The notes: generated from the letters alone by a model not told the origin. Positions 25,526 through 36,740 are shown, counted from the stretch's first letter. The stretch is 64,000 bases of DNA from an uncultured Desulfobacteraceae bacterium (GCA_942491115.1 CALNZV010000020.1:512524-576523), one strand, 5' to 3'. A program made the numbers and translations.

Positions 25526-27862
25526 CTATGGCATTTTCAGAATGTCGGCGATCTTCTGGGACAGCTGCCCCATGGAGAAGGGTTTCTGGATGAATCCGTT
25601 ACACCCCCGGCGCAGGATACGGGACGCCTGGCCGTCAAGGGTATATCCACTGGCCAGCAGCGCCTTGACTTTCGGGTTGATATCGCGCAGGCGGTCAAAG
25701 ACCTCTCCCCCGCCGATATCCGGCATGATCATGTCCAAAATGACGAGATCGATGGACTCCCGATGCCGCTTGTAGATCCGGACGGCATCGCGTCCGCAGT
25801 CGGCTTCAAGCACCGTGTATCCGATATGCTTGAGCAGGCGAGCGGTCACCTTCAAAACCACTGGTTCGTCGTCGACAACCATGACGCAGCCGGTCCCTTT
25901 GATGACGGCCTCCGCACTCCTGCCCGCATTGGTGACTTTCTCCTGGGAAACCGGCAGAAAAATATCAAAAGTGGTGCCACGATCGAGTTCGGATTCGACG
26001 CCGATATAACCGTCGTGTCCCTTCACGATGCCATACACGGATGCGAGCCCTAGACCCGTACCCTGTCCCAGTTCTTTGGTGGTAAAAAACGGTTCGAAGA
26101 TCCGTGAGCGAATTTTGGGGTCCATCCCGAGGCCCGTATCGGAGATGCTGATCAGGGCGTATTTGCCGAGTTTGACAAGATCGTCCTCGGTTTGAATCTG
26201 CTGATGGGAGACATTGGAGGTTCTGATGAAGATCTTTCCGCCTCCAGGCATGGCATCCGCTGCATTGTTCAGGATATTGAGCAGGACCTGTTCGATCTGC
26301 CCCCGGTCGACGGCAACGGCATGAAGGTCTCTCAGCAGACTGTAATGAACCGATATTTCATGCCGGGTCCGGCTGAAGGTATCCACCGTCTTCTCGACCA
26401 GTTGATTCAGATCGGTCGCCTGAATTTCGATCTTTCCTTTTCTGGCATACCCCAGTAACTGGGCAGTCAAGGTAGCGCCGCTACCCACCTGCTCTTGAAT
26501 TTTCCTTAACTCTTCATAATTGGGGTGTTGTTTATCGGTATCGAGAAGCATCAGAGAGACACAGCCCTGGATGCCCATGAGAAGATTGTTGAAATTGTGG
26601 GCAATGGCTCCGGCCAGGGTGCCGACCGCCTCCATTTTTTGGGCGTGGCGGAACTGCACCTCCAGCTGCTTTTGTTCGTTGATGTCCCTGAGAAAGTTGA
26701 GGGTCGCCGGTTTTCCCTCCCACTTGATGGGCACCGTGTTGAGCTGAACCCAGTAGGGTTCACCATCCGAAAGAATGAGCCGGAAGGGATAGGAGTCGGT
26801 GCGATGGACCGTCTTACCTTCCATCTGTCGATCCAGGATGATGTCCTTGTCGACCGGGTCGATATGGTCGAAAAAAGACTTCTCCTTCAAATTGATCCCA
26901 AGGTACTGGGCCAGTTCCCGGGTCTGGGGGTTAGGGAATTTGATCTTACCGTCCTGGAGAATAAAAATGGCATCCTTTGCATGTTCGACCAGAAGACGGT
27001 ATTTCGCTTCCGATTCTTTGATGGCCACTTCCGCCCGCTTGATCGGATCGATATCCTTGGCAACGGACAGGACATGGGATTCACCGCTCAGATTGATGAT
27101 GTTGGCCGACAGAAGCCCGGTTCGGACATCTCCGTTTCTCAGTCTGAATAGAATTTCAAAGTCCTTCACTGACCCGCGGCGCCGTATACGCGTCATGATT
27201 CTAAGGGCATCTCTGGGGTTGGCCCATAGATTCAAGTCTTCAGGGGTTTTCCCAATGACATCTTCGCTGGTATACCCCGTCAGTTGGCTGAAACCATGAT
27301 TGATCATCGTATAGGCGCCGTCCCGCAGTCGGTTGATAAAAATAGCGTCGGGACTGGTTTCAAGCGCCGTTTCTAAAACCGTGCTGGCCATCTCCAGTGC
27401 GGTGGTGGCCCGCAGATAGTCGCTGATGTTTCTGGATATGGCGAGAAATCCCTGGGTCACCCGAAGGTCATCGGTGACGGCGGACAGGGAGGTTTCCATC
27501 TCGAGTTTAGAGCCGTCATGGGCCAGCAGTTCGATGTCGACAAACCGTGCCTGCCCTCCTGAAGAGAGGGCCGTTCCCGCCTCCTCCACTTTGCGGCGGT
27601 ATTTGGGAACCAGAAAGTTTCGAAAATCTTTTCCCACCAGGGCACCGACCGGATATCCAAGCCATTTCTCACAGGATGGCGCAACGAAGGTGATTTGCCA
27701 TGAGGTATCGAACATCCAGACCAGATCGGTGACGCTTTCAATCGCCTGGCGATAGACGGACAGCGTCTTCTCCATGGTTTCCACCTGGCTGTTGAGGCGT
27801 CGATTCTCGAAGTCGATGGTATTCGGGGGCGGGGTGTTGCTTACCCCAAACTGGTTTCCCAT
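25526..27862 (-). CDS. hybrid sensor histidine kinase (multiple PAS, HisKA, HATPase, receiver)
   Basis: 778 aa. Several PAS-like repeats. H-box [14 protein letters not shown]-box [14 protein letters not shown]-terminal receiver [10 protein letters not shown]...[13 protein letters not shown]. Confidence 0.9.
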   Translation of the reverse strand: MGNQFGVSNTPPPNTIDFENRRLNSQVETMEKTLSVYRQAIESVTDLVWMFDTSWQITFVAPSCEKWLGYPVGALVGKDFRNFLVPKYRRKVEEAGTALSSGGQARFVDIELLAHDGSKLEMETSLSAVTDDLRVTQGFLAISRNISDYLRATTALEMASTVLETALETSPDAIFINRLRDGAYTMINHGFSQLTGYTSEDVIGKTPEDLNLWANPRDALRIMTRIRRRGSVKDFEILFRLRNGDVRTGLLSANIINLSGESHVLSVAKDIDPIKRAEVAIKESEAKYRLLVEHAKDAIFILQDGKIKFPNPQTRELAQYLGINLKEKSFFDHIDPVDKDIILDRQMEGKTVHRTDSYPFRLILSDGEPYWVQLNTVPIKWEGKPATLNFLRDINEQKQLEVQFRHAQKMEAVGTLAGAIAHNFNNLLMGIQGCVSLMLLDTDKQHPNYEELRKIQEQVGSGATLTAQLLGYARKGKIEIQATDLNQLVEKTVDTFSRTRHEISVHYSLLRDLHAVAVDRGQIEQVLLNILNNAADAMPGGGKIFIRTSNVSHQQIQTEDDLVKLGKYALISISDTGLGMDPKIRSRIFEPFFTTKELGQGTGLGLASVYGIVKGHDGYIGVESELDRGTTFDIFLPVSQEKVTNAGRSAEAVIKGTGCVMVVDDEPVVLKVTARLLKHIGYTVLEADCGRDAVRIYKRHRESIDLVILDMIMPDIGGGEVFDRLRDINPKVKALLASGYTLDGQASRILRRGCNGFIQKPFSMGQLSQKIADILKMP

Positions 27863-27920
27863 GCTGGCCGTTTGCTCCCTGTTGGATGTGGGTTGCCCGC
27901 CGGGCGCGGGCGCCTTGACA

Positions 27921-28940
27921 CTATATCAGCCGGTGGGCCTGACTCTCGGTTTTTCCTGCCGGTGTGATCCGGATGTAATCCAGTTTCCGCTGCAGTTCAC
28001 GGATGGTCATGGCGCCACCGTAGGTCAGACCCGACCGGAGACCCCCCGTTATGTCAGCAATGATCTCCGACTCGTCCTCCCGGTAGGCAACGGTCGTCGC
28101 CACCCCCTCGGCCGTCTTCCATTCGGCCATGCCGCCGTGGAAGTCATCATGTGCTTCGCTGCTGGCCATGCCTCGGTAAACCTTGACCCGAACCTCTGAG
28201 CCGTCTTTCTCTTTTTGGGTGATGACCGGTCCCGGCGTAGGTCTGGTGCCAGCCAGCATGCTGCCGATCATGACAAAATCCGCACCGAAAGCGAGGGCTT
28301 TGACGATATCCCCCGGGGTACGAATGCCGCCGTCGGCCACGATCGATCGATCCGCGCGTGCGCAGTTTCTGAGGGCCGTCAGGTTGGGCACCCCAAAACC
28401 GGTCTTAAGCCGGGTGGTGCACACCGATCCGCCGCCGATGCCCACCTTGACGATGTCGGCGCTGCAGGATGCCAGGTAGTCTGCTCCCGCGTAGGTGGCG
28501 ACATTGCCGGCCATGATGCAGGCATTTTTACCAAGCAGCTGTCTGATGTGCTTCAGGGTTTTGCCCACATATCGGGCATGGGCATGGGCCACGTCCACAC
28601 AAAACCGGTCGGCACCGGCCCCCTTGAGGGCCTCGGCGCGTTCCAGATCTTTGGGCGTGCAGCCGATGGAAACGAATACCGGGTGGCGGCACGCCTTGAA
28701 TACCCGAATGTTGTCTTCCACCGACATGTATCGGTGAAGGACTCCGATCCCCCCTTTGTCGCCGATAAAATTCGCCATGTCGGCTTCGGTGATGGTATCC
28801 ATATTGGACGTCATCAAAGGAAGCTCCAAGTGGATCTTTCCCGTTCTGTCGGTAACGGATAGATCGACAATTCGCCTGGATTCCCAGTGATTGTAAGACG
28901 GAACCAGCAGGACGTCGTCATAGGTGATCGCATCGCTCAT
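27921..28940 (-). CDS. GMP reductase-like protein (IMPDH/GMPR family, no CBS pair)
   Basis: 339 aa from the ATG at 28940 (GGAGA RBS). DIVKVGIGGGSVCTTR catalytic Cys loop, DGGIRTPGDIVKALAFGADFVMIG and GGLRSGLTYGGA resemble GuaC. Confidence 0.75.
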   Translation of the reverse strand: MSDAITYDDVLLVPSYNHWESRRIVDLSVTDRTGKIHLELPLMTSNMDTITEADMANFIGDKGGIGVLHRYMSVEDNIRVFKACRHPVFVSIGCTPKDLERAEALKGAGADRFCVDVAHAHARYVGKTLKHIRQLLGKNACIMAGNVATYAGADYLASCSADIVKVGIGGGSVCTTRLKTGFGVPNLTALRNCARADRSIVADGGIRTPGDIVKALAFGADFVMIGSMLAGTRPTPGPVITQKEKDGSEVRVKVYRGMASSEAHDDFHGGMAEWKTAEGVATTVAYREDESEIIADITGGLRSGLTYGGAMTIRELQRKLDYIRITPAGKTESQAHRLI

Positions 28941-29133
28941 AAGAAAGTCTCCATGCGCCGGACCCTGGAGGGTCAAATCACCCTCGGGGCGACCGATCGG
29001 GTGGTGGAATCTGACGGGCTTGAAAAGCCCCGGGTATATTACGGGTTTAGGGCCCAAGGATCAACCCCTGCCAGTATTTGCCGGGAATCTTGACAATCTC
29101 AGGCTGTCTTTTTAAGCTGCCGTCGTCGATGGT

Positions 29134-31578
29134 TTGGCCTCTGCCGGCCACCAATCCGTCGCCCAACCATCCCCTGACCCCCATAGAACGGGAACCCAAC
29201 CATTGAAAACGCCGCTTCAGATTGCCGTTCGAACTCTCGTGGCGTTCTCTCACAGAGGCGGCGACCTGAACCGTTCCTTTCAACACCCCGCCTCTGCCCT
29301 GGAAGGCATCCGGGCCCACCAGAAAATCCAACAGGCGAGACCCGATGGGTATATCCCGGAGCACTCACTCGTCCGCCAGGTGGAAACCGAACGATTCCTT
29401 ATCGACATCAAGGGTCGAGTCGACGGGGTGTGGCAGCGCAACGGCCGAACCGTCGTCGAGGAAATCAAGACCACAAACCGGGATCTGGCAGGGCTGACCC
29501 CCGATGGCAGCGAGCACCATTGGGCCCAACTCACCGTTTATGCCTGGATGGTTGCCCGGGAAAGGGGTCTGCCCGGGGTTGAAGGGCAACTCACCTACTA
29601 CCGCCAAGGAACAGGAGAGATCCTCGAACTCCACCGGGAGCTCTCCATCGAAACGGCGTCGGCCTTTGTGAGCGGGCTTATCGACCGCTATTTGTCTTGG
29701 GCGGAGCTTCTGGTGGACTGGCGCAGGGAGAGGGATGGGTCGATCCTGAGGCTCTCCTTTCCCCATCGCGACTTTCGGCCCGGCCAGCGGACCATGGCCG
29801 TTTCCGTCTACCGAGCCATTCGGGAAAACGGCCGGTTGATGGTCGAGGCGCCCACGGGCATCGGCAAAACCATGGCCGCTCTGTTCCCCGCGGTAAAGGC
29901 CATAGCCAACGGGTTGTCCCACGGTATTTTTTATCTCACTGCCCGCACCACAGGTCGGCAGGCGGCAGAGGCAGCCCTGGAGCGGATGCGGGAAAAGGGG
30001 CTCCAATTCAGGGCACTGTCCCTGACGGCAAAAGACAAGCTGTGCGCTTATCCCGAATCCGCCTGCACGCCTGAAGAGTGCCCCTGTGCCCGGGGACACT
30101 ATGACCGTCTGGCTGAGGCCTTGGAGGCGGCCATGGCCACCCAGGCCCTTACCCGTCCGGTGGTCGCAGACCTGGCCGACAGGCACCGGGTTTGCCCCTT
30201 CGAATTTTCACTGGAACTTGCCCAGTGGGTTGACGCCGTCATCTGCGACTACAACTATGCCTTCGACCCCCGGGTCCATCTTCGCCGATTTTTCCAGGAC
30301 CATCCGGCATCCCATACCTTTCTGGTGGACGAAGCCCACAACCTGGTGGACCGAGCCCGGGACATGTTTTCAGCGGAGTTGGCCAAGCAGCCCATCCTGG
30401 CCCTGCGCCGCTCCGTCCGCAAGCGGTTGCCAGACCTCTACCGGTCATTGGGCCGGATTAACCGCTGGATGGTGACGGCCCGGAACGTCACCGACGCCGC
30501 CGGGGGGCAGCGGAGCGACCCCCAGCCCCCCAGCGGGATGGCGCCATTGCTTCGCGCCGCGGTTCACCAAGCCGATCGGTGGCTGATCCGAAACGAAAAC
30601 GCCGATTGGAGGGACGACCTTATCGATTTTTATTTCACCGTCACTAATTTCCTTCGCATCCTGGATGCCTACGACCACACCTATGCCACCTGCTACGAAT
30701 CCGACGGCCGACAGCTTCGGATCAAGCTCTTCTGCATCGATCCGTCCGGTCAACTCGGCCAGGCCATCGGCCGTGGGCGGTCTGTGGTCTTTTTCTCCGC
30801 CACCCTGAGTCCTTCGGCTTATTTTTTGGATCTATTCGGTTGCGACCCGGTGACGCCGTTTTTTGCGCTACCGTCTCCCTATCCGAAGGCCAATCTAAAG
30901 CTGCTGGTGGACGGGAGCACGTCGACCTATTTCAACGAGCGGCAATCCACCAGTCCCAGCGTCGTCGAGGCCATCCGTGCCATTACCAGCGGAAAGCCCG
31001 GCAACTATCTCTGTTTCTTCCCTTCTTACGCTTACATGGCAATGGTTCACGACGCCTTTTCCACACGGTACCCGCTAACGGCCACACTGGTCCAGACACC
31101 TGCCATGAGCGAATCGGAGCGTGACGACTACCTGAATCGATTCGGACACCTCAACCCGGAGACGGAGACCCTGATCGGTTTCGCCGTCATGGGCGGCATA
31201 TTCGGAGAAGGTATCGATCTGGCCGGAGACCGGTTGTCCGGGGCGATCATCATCGGAGTCGGACTGCCCGCCCTGTCGCCGGAAAGGGAACTGATCCGTT
31301 CTTATTTCGCCGACACCCATGAAGCGGGCTTCGAATACGCCTACCAGTATCCTGGCATGAACCGGGTTCTCCAGGCAGCAGGCCGGGTCATTCGCTCTGC
31401 AGAAGACCGAGGGGTCGTTCTTCTGCTGGACCGCCGATACCGCACCCACCGATACCGGACGTTGTTTCCCGATGATTGGCGCCCGGTGATGGCGGCAGCC
31501 CCCCAGGATATCAAACGGATCGTCACCCACTTCTGGTCCTCCCGAAGCCCTTCTCCCCGAAGGCTGGGACATCCATAA
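29134..31578 (+). CDS. PD-(D/E)XK nuclease / Fe-S XPD-DinG-type helicase fusion protein
   Basis: 814 aa (TTG start, uncertain). The N-terminal ~200 aa has RecB/Cas4-like motifs (GIRAHQ, GRVDGV, VVEEIKT, QLTVYAW). Then Walker A APTGIGKT, a four-Cys cluster CAYPESACTPEECPC...VCPF, and DEAH box VDEAHN. Confidence 0.85.
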   Translation: MASAGHQSVAQPSPDPHRTGTQPLKTPLQIAVRTLVAFSHRGGDLNRSFQHPASALEGIRAHQKIQQARPDGYIPEHSLVRQVETERFLIDIKGRVDGVWQRNGRTVVEEIKTTNRDLAGLTPDGSEHHWAQLTVYAWMVARERGLPGVEGQLTYYRQGTGEILELHRELSIETASAFVSGLIDRYLSWAELLVDWRRERDGSILRLSFPHRDFRPGQRTMAVSVYRAIRENGRLMVEAPTGIGKTMAALFPAVKAIANGLSHGIFYLTARTTGRQAAEAALERMREKGLQFRALSLTAKDKLCAYPESACTPEECPCARGHYDRLAEALEAAMATQALTRPVVADLADRHRVCPFEFSLELAQWVDAVICDYNYAFDPRVHLRRFFQDHPASHTFLVDEAHNLVDRARDMFSAELAKQPILALRRSVRKRLPDLYRSLGRINRWMVTARNVTDAAGGQRSDPQPPSGMAPLLRAAVHQADRWLIRNENADWRDDLIDFYFTVTNFLRILDAYDHTYATCYESDGRQLRIKLFCIDPSGQLGQAIGRGRSVVFFSATLSPSAYFLDLFGCDPVTPFFALPSPYPKANLKLLVDGSTSTYFNERQSTSPSVVEAIRAITSGKPGNYLCFFPSYAYMAMVHDAFSTRYPLTATLVQTPAMSESERDDYLNRFGHLNPETETLIGFAVMGGIFGEGIDLAGDRLSGAIIIGVGLPALSPERELIRSYFADTHEAGFEYAYQYPGMNRVLQAAGRVIRSAEDRGVVLLLDRRYRTHRYRTLFPDDWRPVMAAAPQDIKRIVTHFWSSRSPSPRRLGHP

Positions 31579-31595
31579 AAAAAGGAGCGCAACCC

Positions 31596-32795
31596 ATGAC
31601 CACTTCAGACCTGCGGGTGCCGGCGTCCGAGCTATACGACAGAATCCGGCGCTTTCAGCACCAGCTTCGATCGGATGGATCCGACGGTGCTTTGATCCTC
31701 CAGAACACCGATCTCTATTATTTTTCCGGCACTATCCAACAGGCCCACCTTTACATTCCCGCCGAAGGGGAACCGCTGCTCATGGCGCGAAAAAGCCTTC
31801 CCAGAGCCCGGGAGGAGTCCGCCCTCAAATGGGTCGAGGCCATCAGGAGCCCCCGCCAGCTGCCGGATCTACTGACCGCTTCCGGCATCGCCATTCCCCA
31901 TGTCCTTGGCCTGGAAATGGATGTCCTGCCGGTGAGCCAGTATAGGGTTTACGCCGATCTTTTCCCCGATACCAAGCTGATCGATGTTTCCACCGGTATC
32001 CGCCGAGTCCGCTCCGTCAAATCGACATATGAAATCGATCAGATCCGCTATGCGGCGCAGATGGCAGACGAGGTGGCCGCCACCATGGCGATCCATGTGC
32101 GCGAGGGGATGACGGAGGTGGAACTGGCCGGCCTGATCGAGGCCGAGGCTCGAAAACGAGGGCACCAGGGCGTGGTCCGGATGCGCATGTGGGGAGGAGA
32201 GCTGTTTTATGGCCATTTGCTGGCTGGGCCTCAAGCCGCGGTTCCCAGCTATCTCGCTTCCCCGACGGGAGGGGCGGGACTCACTCCGGCGGTGGCCCAG
32301 GGTGCGGGATTTTCTCCCATTCGGGCGCGGGAACCGATATTGCTGGACTATGTGTTCGCCTGGAACGGCTATATTGCCGACCATACGCGCATCTTCGCCA
32401 TCGAAGGGCTTCCAGAGGACCTTCTGAAGGCCCATGGGACCATGCTGGAAGTCCAGGAAACCGTGAAAGGCGCCATTCGCCCGGGCGCCATTGCCGGCGA
32501 TCTCTACTCCCTGGCTGTTGATGCGGCCGAGGCCATGGGGGTTGGCCAGTGGTTCATGGGTACCGACGACAGCCGTGTCCGCTTCATTGGCCACGGCATC
32601 GGACTTGAGCTTGACGAAGTCCCCTTTCTGGCCAAGGGGCAGGATACGGTCCTGGCGCCGGGCATGGTGATCGCTCTTGAACCCAAACTGATCATCCCCG
32701 GAAGGGGGGTGGTGGGAATCGAAAACACCCATCTGGTGACCGAAAACGGTGTCGAGCAATTGACCGGCTTCGACGACGGTATCTTCATCTTGTAA
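31596..32795 (+). CDS. M24-family metallopeptidase (Xaa-Pro aminopeptidase/dipeptidase-like)
   Basis: 399 aa from the ATG at 31596 (AAAGGAG RBS). Creatinase-like N-domain plus pita-bread fold motifs (DYVFAWNGYIADHTR, GHGIGLELDE, IALEP, VGIENT). Confidence 0.85.
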   Translation: MTTSDLRVPASELYDRIRRFQHQLRSDGSDGALILQNTDLYYFSGTIQQAHLYIPAEGEPLLMARKSLPRAREESALKWVEAIRSPRQLPDLLTASGIAIPHVLGLEMDVLPVSQYRVYADLFPDTKLIDVSTGIRRVRSVKSTYEIDQIRYAAQMADEVAATMAIHVREGMTEVELAGLIEAEARKRGHQGVVRMRMWGGELFYGHLLAGPQAAVPSYLASPTGGAGLTPAVAQGAGFSPIRAREPILLDYVFAWNGYIADHTRIFAIEGLPEDLLKAHGTMLEVQETVKGAIRPGAIAGDLYSLAVDAAEAMGVGQWFMGTDDSRVRFIGHGIGLELDEVPFLAKGQDTVLAPGMVIALEPKLIIPGRGVVGIENTHLVTENGVEQLTGFDDGIFIL

Positions 32796-32995
32796 CGAAC
32801 AGGAACCGTTTCTTCAGCTCCGGCGACGGGTGTCCCCAGAACCGCCACATCCGGTGGGACCCGGCGATCTCACCAGGATCGACGACAACACCGTTGCGGG
32901 CTGTCGTTCCATCCGAAGCAGAAGGTCAAAGGATCTCCAGGCTCAAGAAAAGCGGGATACCGGGAGTCGCCGTCACCGAAGAAGGTTGCTCACGG

Positions 32996-33265
32996 TCAGG
33001 ATTTGGCGGATTTCAACGCCTGGACGATCCGCTCCCGGGCTTGGGAGGACAAGGGCGGCAAATCCCCCAAATCTTCATTTTCCTGTCCCGCCAGACGGCA
33101 GATTTCCCGGATTTTCATCACCTGGGACCGGAACCTGGCGCAGTGGCGGCACATGGCCATATGAAACCGGATCATCATTCTCTCGGTAAGGGGCAGCCGC
33201 CGATCCATCGATTCGGACACTTTTCGGCTGACCGCTTCACAGTTGAACATCCAATGGGGCAGCAT
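32996..33265 (-). CDS. anti-sigma factor (zf-HC2)
   Basis: 89 aa. HMAMCRHC (H-x3-C-x2-C) motif. Located 3 nt downstream of the ECF sigma gene. Confidence 0.7.
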   Translation of the reverse strand: MLPHWMFNCEAVSRKVSESMDRRLPLTERMMIRFHMAMCRHCARFRSQVMKIREICRLAGQENEDLGDLPPLSSQARERIVQALKSAKS

Positions 33266-33268
33266 CGC

Positions 33269-33823
33269 TTAGTCACCTCGGTCGACCCAGTATTTCTCCA
33301 GACAGCGGCGAAGTCCCATCCGCGCCCTGTGAAGTAGGGTCCAGCAATTGGTCGGAGAAATGTCGAGCTCCTGACAGATACGGGAGGTGTCAAACCCTTC
33401 AAATTCTCTGAGACTGAACACCCTGGCCATCCGCTCGGGCAATTCCCCCAGGCACCGAAACAGCCAGGATAAAAACTCTTTTCGCTCAACACTTCCCAGG
33501 GGATCGCTCCCCCAGGCCCGGGGCCGGGTTTTCCATTGCCCCGGGCCGTCAAAAGGCCAATCGCTGGGAAGCTCTGCGGGATCCAGCCCGTCCCCAATGC
33601 GCTCCGGTCGCTGTCGCCTGAAATGGTCGACGATCTTGTGTTTCAAGATGCCGGTCAGCCAGGTACGAAAATCCGAGCGATTCTGAAACCCCTGCCGTCC
33701 CCTCAGGGCAGCCAGCAGGGTTTCCTGAACGACATCCTCGGCTGCGGATGGATCGCCGATTCTGGCCAGGGCGAAGCGGAAGAGATAATCGCCGTAGCGT
33801 TCCAGCCATTGTTCCGGATCCAT
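33269..33823 (-). CDS. ECF-type RNA polymerase sigma-70 factor
   Basis: 184 aa from the ATG at 33823 (GAGGAGGGG RBS). Region 2 is DVVQETLLAALRG...FRTWLTGILKHKIVDHFRR. Region 4 is LPERMARVFSLREFEGFDTSRICQELDISPTNCWTLLHRARMGLR. Confidence 0.85.
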   Translation of the reverse strand: MDPEQWLERYGDYLFRFALARIGDPSAAEDVVQETLLAALRGRQGFQNRSDFRTWLTGILKHKIVDHFRRQRPERIGDGLDPAELPSDWPFDGPGQWKTRPRAWGSDPLGSVERKEFLSWLFRCLGELPERMARVFSLREFEGFDTSRICQELDISPTNCWTLLHRARMGLRRCLEKYWVDRGD

Positions 33824-34231
33824 ATCTCCCCTCCTCGACGGTTGTGCACCGGTCGTCAGGGTCAGTATGACGCGATCGTTCAGTGATCGCAATGGCCATG
33901 GTTGCCAAAGCCAAACGCCCCCATCGCTCAACCAATACGCAGAAAAGAGGCGTTTAAGTGACAGTGTAGCCTTGTGGGGAAAATTTGGCAATGGTATCGT
34001 CGCCACCCATGGGTATCCCCTCCTCTGTCAAAATCGGAGAAACCCTTTGCAAACCGATGCCTTCCGGATTATGGTCCCGACCGCCACCGGTAGACCCAAG
34101 GACCGATGCCATCATCCACCGGCCGTCGCGCCCGTCTTTTTCCCAGACACCGGCCGCCGGAAAGCCGGCTGCAGTGCGGGGTCTGCCCACCGGGGGCCGG
34201 TAGCCGATGTCGCTTGTCAGGAGAATCGCCC

Positions 34232-35158
34232 TTGACCACCCACTCCCCCCACTCGATTCCGGCTTGGAGCGGCTATGGATATGTGATCCTCGCCGCCGTA
34301 TTATGGGGCACCTCGGGATCGGCCGCGAAATATCTCTTCACCTCGGGAGTCACCCCCTTCGCCATGGTTCAAATGCGGCTGACCATTACGGCCGCAGCCC
34401 TGTTTCTGGGCCTTTCGGTCTACCGGCCCCGGCTGCTGCGGATCGACCGGCGAGACATCCCCTATTTTATCCTGTTCGGCGCTGCAGGGATGGCAGGCGT
34501 TCAGTTTACCTATTTGTTTGCCATCAGCAAAATCCAGGTGGCCGCCGCCATTCTCCTTCAGTATCTGGCGCCGGGGTTTATCGCCCTTCACGCAGTGGTT
34601 TTTTTCAAGGAGCGTCTGGGCGCCACCACACTCCTCGCCCTCGCCAGCGCTTTCTGTGGCTGCTATCTGGTGGTGGGGGCCTACCATCTCTCCCTCCATG
34701 AGATGGATGTCTGGGGAATCGGCAGCGGTATTCTCTCCGCCGTAGGCTTCGCCTGGTACTCCATCCAGGGAGAGCACGGCATGCGAAAATACAGCGCCTG
34801 GACGGTCCTTTTTTATGCCATGGCGTTTGCCACCGTCACCTGGAACATCTTGGTGCCGCCCCTAGACGGTTTTCTCCAGGACTACCGTCCCCGGCAGTGG
34901 CTCTGGATCGGTTATGTGGGCATCATGGGAACCCTCGCCCCTTTTGGACTGTATCTGGAGGGGGTAAACCGCATCCGGTCCACCCGGGCCAGCATCACGG
35001 CCACTCTGGAGCCGATTACAGCGGCAGTGATTTCCTACCTGTTTTTACATGAGGTCATGAAATGGCCCCAGGTGATCGGTGCCGGGCTCGTCATCATCGC
35101 TGTCATCCTGCTGCAGCTTCGACCGAACCCCAACGTGGGCATACCCCCGGCCGAATGA
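34232..35158 (+). CDS. EamA/DMT-family transporter
   Basis: About 308 aa from the TTG at 34232 (CAGGAGA RBS). Ten hydrophobic segments. AAVLWGTSGSAAKYLF is a typical EamA start. The start codon is uncertain. Confidence 0.8.
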   Translation: MTTHSPHSIPAWSGYGYVILAAVLWGTSGSAAKYLFTSGVTPFAMVQMRLTITAAALFLGLSVYRPRLLRIDRRDIPYFILFGAAGMAGVQFTYLFAISKIQVAAAILLQYLAPGFIALHAVVFFKERLGATTLLALASAFCGCYLVVGAYHLSLHEMDVWGIGSGILSAVGFAWYSIQGEHGMRKYSAWTVLFYAMAFATVTWNILVPPLDGFLQDYRPRQWLWIGYVGIMGTLAPFGLYLEGVNRIRSTRASITATLEPITAAVISYLFLHEVMKWPQVIGAGLVIIAVILLQLRPNPNVGIPPAE

Positions 35159-35276
35159 GCCCTTTTCGGTGAGCGGCAAGCCTTCCGGCAAGGGAAGACA
35201 CCGGGATCCCGCGTCACCACGAGGTCCTCGCCCATTAGTGGCCGTCACCGCCTTAAAATAGAAATGGCGATATCCA

Positions 35277-36653
35277 GTGCTGCTTTCAAAAGACAGATAC
35301 CGGGAAGTGCTGACCGTGAGCCTCCCCCTTGTTGCCAGCACGGGCTCCATCCTGGTGATGGAATTCACCGATCGGCTGTTCCTGGCGGGCTACTCCCTGA
35401 ATGCGATCGCCGCCGCATTGCCTGCCGGCATCGCGGCCTATTTCTTCATCGTTATCTTCCAGGGCACCGCAGGCTATGTCAATGTCTTCGTTGCCCAATA
35501 CCACGGATCGGGCCGGCCGGAACGAATCGGAGAAATCCTCTGGCAAGGCATCTATTTCGCCATGGGGGCCGCCATTTTGCTGGCCCTCCTGGCCGCCACA
35601 GGACCATGGCTCTTTCACTGGGCGGGACACCCGCCGGCGGTCCAGGCGCTGGAGGTCGTGTATTTCAAGACCCTGATGATGGGGGGAGGCATCAACGTCC
35701 TGGGGGCGGTCTTCGCAGGGGTTTTCAGTGGAAGGGGCCTGACCCGACCGGTGATGGTCAGCCACGCCCTGGCAGCGGCCCTCAACGTTCCGCTGGACTA
35801 CTGCCTGATCAACGGCATCGGTCCCTGGCCGGCACTGGGAATTTTGGGGGCGGGCATCGCAACGGTCGTGGCATGGTCGGTGACGGCAGCACTGCTGGCC
35901 ATCGCCGTTTTCAGAGGAAGCCTCCAAACTGGCCATTTCGGGTTCGACCGGCGCCAATTCCAGCCGGCGCTGCTGAGGCAGTTGGTGTTATCCGGCAGCC
36001 CCGGCGCTTTTCAGTTTGCCATGGACATCTTTGCATTTTCGTTTTTCATTTTCATGGTGGGACGAATCGGGCAGGAGGCGCTGGCCGTCACCAATATGGT
36101 CATGTCCATCAATGCTCTGGCCTTCATGCCGATGATGGGGTTTTCTCTGGGCACCAGCTCCCTCGTCGGACACGCCATCGGCAAAGGGGATATCCATCTG
36201 GCATCGGAGCGGGTCCAGGCGACGCTTCATATCACCCACGCCTATGTGCTGGTCATTTTTCTGTTGCTGACCATGGCACCGCAATGGCTGCTGTCCCTGT
36301 TTCATTCCGCGGACATCCGTCCCGACCAATGGATCCATATCAATGCGGACGGCATCATTTTGTTAAGAATTATCGCCGTCACCATCTTCTTCGATGCGGG
36401 CTACATGGTGTTCACCGGTGCACTGAAAGGGGCCGGGGATACCCGGTTCATCATGTGGAGTTTGCTGCTGCTATCGGGCGGAGTCATGGTACTTCCGGTC
36501 TGGATTGGGGTCGAGGTTTTCGGGCGGGGCCTCTTCTACGTGTGGGCCTGGGTGGCCATGTTTATCGTGAGTCTGTGGGGGGTTACCGGGTGGCGATACC
36601 GCCAGGGCCGGTGGCGCGGTATGCGGGTCATCGATACGCCCCCAAAGCACTAG
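35277..36653 (+). CDS. MATE-family efflux transporter
   Basis: 458 aa (GTG start). YREVLTVSLPLVASTGSILVMEFTDRLFLAGYS is a typical MATE N-terminus. 12 TM. Confidence 0.85.
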   Translation: MLLSKDRYREVLTVSLPLVASTGSILVMEFTDRLFLAGYSLNAIAAALPAGIAAYFFIVIFQGTAGYVNVFVAQYHGSGRPERIGEILWQGIYFAMGAAILLALLAATGPWLFHWAGHPPAVQALEVVYFKTLMMGGGINVLGAVFAGVFSGRGLTRPVMVSHALAAALNVPLDYCLINGIGPWPALGILGAGIATVVAWSVTAALLAIAVFRGSLQTGHFGFDRRQFQPALLRQLVLSGSPGAFQFAMDIFAFSFFIFMVGRIGQEALAVTNMVMSINALAFMPMMGFSLGTSSLVGHAIGKGDIHLASERVQATLHITHAYVLVIFLLLTMAPQWLLSLFHSADIRPDQWIHINADGIILLRIIAVTIFFDAGYMVFTGALKGAGDTRFIMWSLLLLSGGVMVLPVWIGVEVFGRGLFYVWAWVAMFIVSLWGVTGWRYRQGRWRGMRVIDTPPKH

Positions 36654-36740
36654 TCGTACTTCCCTGCTGAATAGAGCCGCTGGGTCGGCAGCCCTGTCCG
36701 CCTGTTGAGTCCTCCGTGTCGCCGATGTCGACTCCGTCCC

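Noticed and set aside
35264-36670. 468-aa + strand ORF in an alternative frame of the MATE transporter gene
   Set aside because: It is on the same strand but offset in frame from a clear 12-TM MATE protein. Its translation is Arg/Gly/Pro-rich and not membrane-like. It is a frame artefact.
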